This document shows positions 7,682 through 13,940 of a DNA stretch of 13,940 bases, one piece after another. Origin of the DNA: Bdellovibrionota bacterium. Its GTDB lineage: Bacteria; Bdellovibrionota; UBA1018; UBA923. The notes under the pieces were generated by a model. The model was not told where the DNA came from and did no database searches. It saw only the letters and a program-made list of their open reading frames with translations. Position numbers and translations under genes: made by a program. The stretch's first letter is position 1; every line of letters starts with the position of its first letter. Where the stretch lies: positions 1 through 13,940 of the forward strand of contig JBFMCE010000098.1 of assembly GCA_040754655.1 (NCBI GenBank), read 5' to 3'.

Positions 7682-8845
7682 TCAGAAATACTTTTCATGG
7701 GCGCGTTGGTTTTTCAGGAGCCGCGCGGTGTAGTCGCGGAAGGTTCGTGCTCCCAACTCTCGCGTTAGGCCCGGGCGGAATGCTTGCATCAAGTGGGTGA
7801 GAAGCAGGACAAGTTGTTCTACATCCCGTGTGTGCACGGCCTCGGGCATGGGCTTTCCGGACTTTGAAAGATTGTGGTAGTTCTGAAGTGGTGTTGAGAT
7901 GCCCGCGACTTTGAATCCATAACAGTTAAAGGCAGTGGCCTCGCAAGTTCCTCCGTCCATAAGTTTTCGTTGAAAACGAAAAGCTTTCTTTTTCTTTGAA
8001 AGCTCCGTGGCGCGCTCTTGAACCCAATACACGAACGCGGGATCGAATACGGTGGCTCGGTCACCAAGCCTGACAACGGGGCCTTTTCCCAGTTCGGCGC
8101 CGGGAAGCTGAGAGCTTGTTTCTATCGAGACCATCAGTGTTTTCTTGGGTTGGATGAGCCCTTTTTCAAGAACCGCCAGGGTGCCATGAAATCCTGACTC
8201 TTCAGCCCTTGAAAGAAGCATCACGACGCCAGGCGGGTGACCCGCGTTTTCAAACGCCTTTAGCAGCGCGCAAACTCCAATGAGATCGTCAGCCGCTTTC
8301 GTGACCCACAATTCTTTTTGTTTACTCACACCGGTCTCAACACCTTGGTGCCCATACCAGAGACAGGCTCCCCACGGACCCAATTGCCGTAAACCTTCTG
8401 GGGTGCATGCGGTGTCTGCGAGAAGCGTCTGTTCAATCTTTATTTTCACCCGATCCGGGCCCCGAGGTCCTTTCGTGTGGGACTCAACTTTGCCGTCAAG
8501 CAGCATCAAACCATTCACATCAGAAAAGATTTTTACAGGAAAACTTCGTATATCCATTGGGCCGCCGCCCAGCCACTTTCCTGCTGCATAGATCGCGCTT
8601 TGCTTTCTATAGAACTGTTCGATCACAATTCCCGGGTGATCGAGATGCGCTACGAAAACCACTCGGGCGGATTTGAGGTGGTTGGCATGCTCTGCTCCGA
8701 CCCAGAGGTTTCCGATCTCGTCTTCAAAAACCGGCAAGCCGGCTTGACTGCAAAAATGCAGGCAGGCTTGTTTGACCCAACTTTCACGAAATGGAGCCGT
8801 TGGTTGAGACAGTATGTTTTTGATCAATTTCTCCACGATTGCCAC
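7682..8845 (-). CDS. Dinuclear metallopeptidase/hydrolase, M20/M28/M42 (clan MH) type
   Basis: Ligand motifs in clan order: VAHLDHPG, KAADDLIGV, SRAEESGFHG, SIETS, GGTCEAT, QNYHN, plus DEIGNLWV and GKGPVVRLGD. Start is GTG 8845 or GTG 8836; the latter has better spacing to the upstream AGAGG. Confidence 0.85.
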   Translation of the reverse strand: MAIVEKLIKNILSQPTAPFRESWVKQACLHFCSQAGLPVFEDEIGNLWVGAEHANHLKSARVVFVAHLDHPGIVIEQFYRKQSAIYAAGKWLGGGPMDIRSFPVKIFSDVNGLMLLDGKVESHTKGPRGPDRVKIKIEQTLLADTACTPEGLRQLGPWGACLWYGHQGVETGVSKQKELWVTKAADDLIGVCALLKAFENAGHPPGVVMLLSRAEESGFHGTLAVLEKGLIQPKKTLMVSIETSSQLPGAELGKGPVVRLGDRATVFDPAFVYWVQERATELSKKKKAFRFQRKLMDGGTCEATAFNCYGFKVAGISTPLQNYHNLSKSGKPMPEAVHTRDVEQLVLLLTHLMQAFRPGLTRELGARTFRDYTARLLKNQRAHEKYF

Positions 8846-8867
8846 CCTCTTTTCTTTTCGCTAGGTT
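8839..8867 (+). promoter_or_regulatory. Putative sigma70 promoter for the polX-nth operon, overlapping the peptidase start
   Basis: TTGCCA (8839-8844), 17 nt, TAGGTT (8862-8867); the polX ATG follows 8 nt later. Confidence 0.45.
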
Positions 8868-8875
8868 GGTGGCGT

Positions 8876-10543
8876 ATGGCAAAGGAAAAATTCGTCGAAC
8901 TTCTTGAAGAACTTGCGCAAGCCATGGAGATCGTGGGCGAGAATGACTTTAAGATAAGGGCTTATCGCAAGGGAGCTCAGGCGATCGGCGACTCTGACGA
9001 AAGTTTGAGCGACATTGCTTCGGGAAAAGTGAAGATCGCTGGCGTAGGCGAGGGGCTGCGCAAAACAATCCAAGAATTCCTCGATACCGGTGAGGTTGCG
9101 CAAAAAAAAGAACTCACCGAGAAAATCCCGGAAGGCGTGTTTGATCTCATGCAGGTGTCGGGTTTGGGGCCTAAGAAGGCGATGATCGTGCACAAAGAGC
9201 TCGGCGTCAGCACTTTGGGTGAGCTTGAGTACGCATGCCGTGAGAATCGACTGACCACGTTAAAGGGATTTGGCCCAGCGATCCAAAAAAAGGTCTTAAA
9301 CTCGCTTGAGGATCTCAAGGCGCGCAAAGGCAAACTGAGATTAGATGAGGCGCTAGAGTTCTCTGACGCGTTGGCGACGAAGATCCTGAAAAAACTTCCA
9401 AAATCGAAGAAACCTCCGAGTGAAGTCTTGAAGCTCGGCGCCTTGGCCAGGCACCTTGAGATTGTCGATCTTTTTGAGATCGGCATCGTGACCGAGCCCG
9501 CTCACTTTGAAAAACTCGTTGAGAACCTCGAGTGGTCTTCGGCGCCCCAGATTCAGACCCATTTGGTCTTGGGTACTGACTTCGTGTCTTGTTCGGGGAC
9601 GCTTGCGGAAGGATACGCGGTGGTCCTATGGGGGTTGGCCGAAAAACCAGAAGGAGCCCTTTTGAAGTGGCTTTGCGCTGAACAGAGCGTGCGCCCTCTT
9701 TTTGAAAAAGACCCTAAGCGCGTTGAAGGCTGGCAGATCTCTTGGCTCGAGCCTGTTTGGATAGAGAGCAAACGAAAGCCTCACTCCGACGCTTATCGCC
9801 TCGAAAAACACGGACGTGTGAAAGGGTTTTTCCACTGCCATACAAATTATAGTGATGGTAATGCAACTCTGGAAGAGATGGTTCATGCCGCAGAGAAGGG
9901 TGGTTATGAGTACATCGGCATTTCAGATCATAGCAAATCTGCTTTCTACGCCCGGGGACTTCAAACAGAACGCATTTTAGAGCAGAGAAAGCGCATCAAA
10001 GAACTTCAGAAAAAGGTCTCGATCAAGATTTTCCATGGCATTGAAAGCGATATCCTTGCAGACGGGGCGCTCGATTATGATGAAGAGGTCTTGAATGGCT
10101 TTGACTTCATCGTGGGCTCGATTCACAGCCGTTTCCAGATGGACCAGACGGCGATGACAGAAAGACTTGTTCGAGCGCTTGAGAACCCGCATATCACGAT
10201 CTGGGGACATCCTACCGGTAGGTTGTTATTGGGCCGAAAGCCGTATCTTTTAGACTGGGACCGATGTTTGACTGCGGCCGCTATTAACGGCGTAGCCGTT
10301 GAAATCAACTGCAATCCCCATAGACTTGATATCGACTGGCGGATGGGCGCTGAGCTTGAGAAGTTCAAGTCGAAAGTTTGCATCAATCCCGATGCTCATG
10401 CCGTGGAAGGCGTGGAGGACACCATTTACGGCGAATACATGGCCGAAAAAGCCATGGTGCCTTGTGGATCGATTTTGAATTTGATGGGCGCCGATGAGAT
10501 GGAGAAGTACCTTTGGCAAAGAAAAAAAAGAGCGAGTCGTTAA
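8876..10543 (+). CDS. polX: PolX-PHP family protein (degenerate polymerase site, intact PHP nuclease domain)
   Basis: N-terminal GENDFKIRAYRKGA, HhH motifs IAGVGEG, VSGLGPKKA and LKGFGP. PHP motifs FHCHTNYSDG, ISDHS, GIESDI, SIHS, GHPTGR, EINCNPHRLD, NPDAH. Start moved to ATG 8876 (MAKEKF, 555 aa) because the ORF-track extension lies antisense to the peptidase. Confidence 0.92.
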   Translation: MAKEKFVELLEELAQAMEIVGENDFKIRAYRKGAQAIGDSDESLSDIASGKVKIAGVGEGLRKTIQEFLDTGEVAQKKELTEKIPEGVFDLMQVSGLGPKKAMIVHKELGVSTLGELEYACRENRLTTLKGFGPAIQKKVLNSLEDLKARKGKLRLDEALEFSDALATKILKKLPKSKKPPSEVLKLGALARHLEIVDLFEIGIVTEPAHFEKLVENLEWSSAPQIQTHLVLGTDFVSCSGTLAEGYAVVLWGLAEKPEGALLKWLCAEQSVRPLFEKDPKRVEGWQISWLEPVWIESKRKPHSDAYRLEKHGRVKGFFHCHTNYSDGNATLEEMVHAAEKGGYEYIGISDHSKSAFYARGLQTERILEQRKRIKELQKKVSIKIFHGIESDILADGALDYDEEVLNGFDFIVGSIHSRFQMDQTAMTERLVRALENPHITIWGHPTGRLLLGRKPYLLDWDRCLTAAAINGVAVEINCNPHRLDIDWRMGAELEKFKSKVCINPDAHAVEGVEDTIYGEYMAEKAMVPCGSILNLMGADEMEKYLWQRKKRASR

Positions 10544-11232
10544 GCGACCGCCAGCGGCGGATGCAAGAGGTCTTGAAGGTTTTCAAAGCGACCTATCCCG
10601 ACGCGAAATGTTCACTGAATTACGAGACTCCGTTTCAGCTTTTAGTGGCTACGATCCTATCGGCGCAATGCACGGATGAGCGGGTGAACAAGGTGACGCC
10701 AAGCCTTTTTAAGAAGTACCCGACGGCGCAGGCGCTCTCAAGAGCAAGCCTGAACGATGTGGAAAAGCTGATTCAAAGCACCGGTTTTTTTAAGAACAAA
10801 GCCAAATCGCTTGTAGAGTGCTCGAAATCGATCATGGCGCTTCACGGTGGGAGCGTTCCCCGAACCCTGGAAGAATTGACCGCGCTTCGGGGCGTGGGCA
10901 GAAAGACGGCGAATGTCGTATTAGGAAACGCGTTTGATACGCCAGGGCTAGTCGTCGATACGCACGTGGGCAGGCTTTCTCGCAGGCTGGGATTTACGGC
11001 CGAAACAGATCCAGAAAAGGTCGAACAAGAGTTGATGCAAATCGTGCCCAGGCAGGAATGGACGCTCTTCGCGCATCTTTTGATCTGCCATGGGCGTGCA
11101 CGGTGCATCGCACGCAAACCTGATTGCCTTCGTTGCGAGGTGAGTGGCTCCTGTCCCCGAGTTGGGGTAACGCAGAGCACGGAGCGGCCAGCACGCGCGC
11201 CTCAAGAAGTTGAAGGCAAGAGTTTGACTTGA
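10513..11232 (+). CDS. nth: Endonuclease III (HhH-GPD DNA glycosylase/AP lyase, 4Fe-4S)
   Basis: PFQLLVATILSAQCTDERVN, HhH LRGVGRKTANVVL (catalytic Lys), VVDTHVGRL (catalytic Asp), Fe-S motif CIARKPDCLRCEVSGSC. TTG start preceded by GGAG at 10501 overlaps the polX 3' end; ATG 10561 is an alternative start. Confidence 0.96.
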   Translation: MAKKKKSESLSDRQRRMQEVLKVFKATYPDAKCSLNYETPFQLLVATILSAQCTDERVNKVTPSLFKKYPTAQALSRASLNDVEKLIQSTGFFKNKAKSLVECSKSIMALHGGSVPRTLEELTALRGVGRKTANVVLGNAFDTPGLVVDTHVGRLSRRLGFTAETDPEKVEQELMQIVPRQEWTLFAHLLICHGRARCIARKPDCLRCEVSGSCPRVGVTQSTERPARAPQEVEGKSLT

Positions 11233-11252
11233 AGGCGAATCTTCCTGAAACT
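11224..11252 (+). promoter_or_regulatory. Possible internal sigma70-type promoter for the lipoprotein gene
   Basis: TTGACT (11224-11229), 17 nt, GAAACT (11247-11252), then 8 nt to the ATG at 11261. The -10 match is imperfect. Confidence 0.25.
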
Positions 11253-11260
11253 GTAAAGAG

Positions 11261-12043
11261 ATGCCTTTCTCTTTTCCCACGCTAAGAAGATTGTTTTTCT
11301 TTTTCGCTTTTTTTTCTCTGATCACCCCGGGATGCAATCCCAGGGTAAAAAAAGAGAAGCTCGATGAGAACGTCAAAGAGTATTCGAGCTCGTTTCCCTT
11401 TCAACCCAAACGAACCTGGCGCCTTGAGGTCAGTTGGGAGCCTTTTGCGTTGGATGAAAAGAAAGCGCTCATTTCAAAAGAATTTCAACTGCTCATACAA
11501 GACGATAAAGAGCGCGAAAAGCTTGAGAAGCAGATTCGTGATCATGGCGGTGATGAGCCCTATTTGCTGTGGCTAGAAAGCCAACTCATTCCATTGGGCG
11601 ACCTTGAGGTGCGGGCAATTGGGCGCATCATCCGGTACCAAGACCGCACGGTCGTATTGCTGGCTTACCGGGCGCCAGTCGAGATTGAGCGGCGTGGGCT
11701 TTTGACGGCGGGGCCGGTTTCCTTTCCTGATCCTCTTTTGCGTGCGCTCAGAGATGGCTGTCCTGTTCTTGAGTGGGAGCAGATTCAAGGCGACGATAGT
11801 TTTGGGATTGAAGTGGTGCTCGTCAGCCGGGCCCGCGACCCGCGCGGGTTGCTTTGGAAGCCCGAACACATTCAAGTGAAAGGGTTTTCATCTCGCAGCT
11901 GGTCGGTGGTGCAGGGCCGCCAGTTGGCTTATCGAAGTCTGGTGGCGTTGAAAGACACGGTTTCGAGATGCCCGCTACCACTCACATTTAGGAGGCTCGC
12001 GTTGAGCGTCGGAGACTTCGCGCCCATGGGGGTCGAATGGTGA
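11261..12043 (+). CDS. Hypothetical lipoprotein (260 aa)
   Basis: Basic n-region (LRR), Phe-rich h-region and lipobox-like ITPG|C. The mature part looks beta-rich. Its stop overlaps the next start (ATGGTGA). Confidence 0.7.
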   Translation: MPFSFPTLRRLFFFFAFFSLITPGCNPRVKKEKLDENVKEYSSSFPFQPKRTWRLEVSWEPFALDEKKALISKEFQLLIQDDKEREKLEKQIRDHGGDEPYLLWLESQLIPLGDLEVRAIGRIIRYQDRTVVLLAYRAPVEIERRGLLTAGPVSFPDPLLRALRDGCPVLEWEQIQGDDSFGIEVVLVSRARDPRGLLWKPEHIQVKGFSSRSWSVVQGRQLAYRSLVALKDTVSRCPLPLTFRRLALSVGDFAPMGVEW

Positions 12044-13632
12044 AGTGGCTTTTACTGTTACAGTTGTATTTTTTGAATCTTGCGTTTGGATCTGAAAAGG
12101 CCGTCGTTGATGCCAGTCAGTTCTTGGCTTGGCCTCCGGAGAAGGTTCATTCCTGGAAACAGTCCACTTCCATGCAAAGCCAGTTTCCACGAAGCAAGAG
12201 CGCGAGGCTTGAGAGTTTTCTTTCGCAGTTTGGAGATGCTTTTCGAGCGATGTTGCCTTTGCCCGAGAAGCTTCGCCTGCATTTTGACGTGCTTGATACG
12301 GTCAATCCGACGTTTTGGCCTTTTGGCCACGGCTTCATCGTCATGCATTCGGGGTTGATCCTCCGTATTCATGATTTGAATTCTTTTCTCTTCCTGCTGG
12401 CGCTTGAGTCAGCGCACGATGTGTTGGGACACGTTCAAAACAGGGTTCAAGACCTCAAGTGGCAGGCCTTTCCACTGCGTATCGATCTTTGGACAAGCCT
12501 GGTCGGAAGAGATCCTCTAGCTCATGTGGGAGTGCGGGCCTACACGGTTTCGGAAGAGGCGGAGGCGCTTGAAATTGTTTATCGATTTCTAAGGGCGTAT
12601 GGCATCGATCCCGCCCATGCCGGGATGGAGCTTGTTTCAAGGTTTGAAAAGATCAATGCATTGCCTGAAATGAGTTCAGTGCCGGTCTTGCATCGCAACC
12701 TGAAAACAGCGCTTTCAACCTCGGTTCTTCAATCAAAGCCTGCGGCCTTGAAAACCTTTGATGCCTTGATATCAGAGCCCAGTTTCGCTGAAATTCTCAA
12801 AGAACTGGGGCAGAGCAAAAACCAATTGCAAGCCTGGATGGTGGAGTTGATCCCCTATGCATACCTTTTGAAGAAGGAAGGAGAGTCTTTTGAAGAAGAC
12901 CAGCGCTTGGCCCAGGCGGTAAAAGCTCGGTTGAAGCGGCGTTCAGAAAAGGGTGAGGCGAGGCTCGCCTGGCTTTACGTGCAGAATCTTATGCATCTAA
13001 GGCACCGTCAGTGGAGAGCGCTTTTGAAGAATTCTACCGAGGCTTTGAGCATTGGTCCTAGCGCGATTCCTTTTCGATGGCACAAGGGAATGGCTCACCA
13101 GCAACTGCGCCAATTCAACCATTGCATCCACAGCCTGGGAGAGTCTTGGGGAATCTATGACTTCAGGCGCCTCCTGCTTGAACTTCAGTGCTCGTTTCTT
13201 GAAGGCAGGTATACCGATGCGGCTCGGCTCGCAAACCAATTCAGGCAAAAGCACCCGTATGACGCCGAGGGCGCTTTCTGGCAGGCTTTGAATGCCATTC
13301 GCATCCGACAACCCATCGATCAACTTTTGGCCGAGATGGACAACTATTGGGGAGATCGGCCCTTTGTTCGCGCGCTCAAGGTTTTGCATTTTGGCTACAT
13401 CGGCAAGTTGACTGACGCCAAGGCAATCGCCAATTTTTCTGCTGACGCCGCCTTTTCAGACGAGGAATGGGGAAAACTCCACATGGCTGAAGCGTGGTTG
13501 TACGAGACTTTCATCTTCAAAGAAAAACGGCCTAGATTTGCCCGGTCAAGGCGCGAAAAAAGCGAGCAAGAGTGGGTTTTGGCTGGGCTTGTGCGCGAAA
13601 ACTTGCCCCGGGAAACCATCCAAATACGTTAA
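12037..13632 (+). CDS. Exported M48 (BepA/YfgC-like) peptidase homolog with TPR-like C-terminus; zinc motif degenerate
   Basis: Signal peptide (MVKWLLLLQLYFLNLAFG). GFIVMHSGLIL...FLLALESAHDVLGH and YTVSEEAEALEIVYRFLRAYGIDP align by eye to M48 GYIFVHTGLL...LAHEIGHV..RH and YSREQE.EAD..G...L..AGYDP. C-terminal TPR-like helices (EGRYTDAARLANQFRQKHPYDAEGAFWQAL). Start is ATG 12037 or GTG 12040. Confidence 0.72.
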   Translation: MVKWLLLLQLYFLNLAFGSEKAVVDASQFLAWPPEKVHSWKQSTSMQSQFPRSKSARLESFLSQFGDAFRAMLPLPEKLRLHFDVLDTVNPTFWPFGHGFIVMHSGLILRIHDLNSFLFLLALESAHDVLGHVQNRVQDLKWQAFPLRIDLWTSLVGRDPLAHVGVRAYTVSEEAEALEIVYRFLRAYGIDPAHAGMELVSRFEKINALPEMSSVPVLHRNLKTALSTSVLQSKPAALKTFDALISEPSFAEILKELGQSKNQLQAWMVELIPYAYLLKKEGESFEEDQRLAQAVKARLKRRSEKGEARLAWLYVQNLMHLRHRQWRALLKNSTEALSIGPSAIPFRWHKGMAHQQLRQFNHCIHSLGESWGIYDFRRLLLELQCSFLEGRYTDAARLANQFRQKHPYDAEGAFWQALNAIRIRQPIDQLLAEMDNYWGDRPFVRALKVLHFGYIGKLTDAKAIANFSADAAFSDEEWGKLHMAEAWLYETFIFKEKRPRFARSRREKSEQEWVLAGLVRENLPRETIQIR

Positions 13633-13634
13633 TC

Positions 13635-13940
13635 CTAGTCTGCGTAATGGGCCGAGTATTTTTTTAAGACGAATTTGCCCTGCGATTCGAGTTCCCTCGA
13701 TTTCGTGATCATCCTGTAGCGCGCTCCAGTCTGTTCACCTATGGTGACATTGTGCAATTCGCCGGTCGCTTCTTTGAAACCATGGGCTACCGGGGGAGAC
13801 ATGTTCTTCATGAATTTCTGCACTAGCGCTTGATCTTGGCTTTTGTAGAGAGCCAATGCGACGGTTCTCATCTCATTCTTAAAAGACTCGACGATCTCGC
13901 AAACGATCATGTCGTTGATCTGAGAAAACTCTTCAAACTT
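13635..13940 (-). CDS. FliG C-terminal-domain-like protein (5' end outside window)
   Basis: The frame is open to the right edge: KFEEFSQINDMIVCEIVESFKNEMRTVALALYKSQDQALVQKFMKNMSPPVA...ITKSRELESQGKFVL. This resembles FliG_C (FEDL..LDD..IQ..L......LALALK......KFL.NMS.RAA...I....R.L.E.G.I.L). Confidence 0.7.
   Translation of the reverse strand, partial: KFEEFSQINDMIVCEIVESFKNEMRTVALALYKSQDQALVQKFMKNMSPPVAHGFKEATGELHNVTIGEQTGARYRMITKSRELESQGKFVLKKYSAHYAD

Noticed and set aside
8477..8875. 133-aa N-terminal extension of the 688-aa PolX ORF, suggesting a long antisense overlap
   Set aside because: It is the antisense shadow of the peptidase gene. PolX similarity starts at MAKEKF (8876), where a plausible promoter also sits.
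3899..13940. PilZ protein and FliG-like protein as a YcgR-type flagellar brake pair
   Set aside because: They are more than 9 kb apart in different transcription units, and the PilZ protein lacks a YcgR N-terminal domain.
1..13940. CRISPR arrays, tRNA/rRNA, riboswitches, IS ends, tandem DNA repeats, frameshifted pseudogenes
   Set aside because: None seen. The window is almost fully coding, the largest intergenic gap is about 107 bp, and all called frames are uninterrupted.

Overview
Gene-dense bacterial chromosomal window with no rRNA, tRNA, CRISPR array or mobile element that I can see. The gene mix (orphan PilZ, orphan FliG-C, many secreted hypotheticals, a sigma28-like promoter) is reminiscent of Bdellovibrionota/Oligoflexia, but that is only an inference. 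Left arm (- strand): PilZ, ygfZ, then a >966-aa protein missing from the ORF track because it runs off the left edge (signal peptide + HExxH gluzincin-like domain + PD40/TolB-like propeller + Omp85-like barrel). Divergent from it (+ strand): a DEDDh/DnaQ-like exonuclease fused to a C-terminal WYL domain, then three Cys-containing secreted hypotheticals, the last with a FliA-like promoter. Next come an M20/M28/M42-clan peptidase (- strand) and, divergently, polX-nth-lipoprotein-M48/TPR-like gene, converging on a partial FliG C-terminal-like gene. Three proteins appear to have lost their signature residues: PolX (all three palm aspartates), the M48/BepA-like protein (HExxH reads LESAH) and the FliG-like protein (torque residues). 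Several start codons lie only 6-13 nt after plausible -10 boxes, suggesting leaderless or short-leader mRNAs. All calls come from manual translation and motif recognition; no searches were run, and I cannot establish that any element is undescribed.
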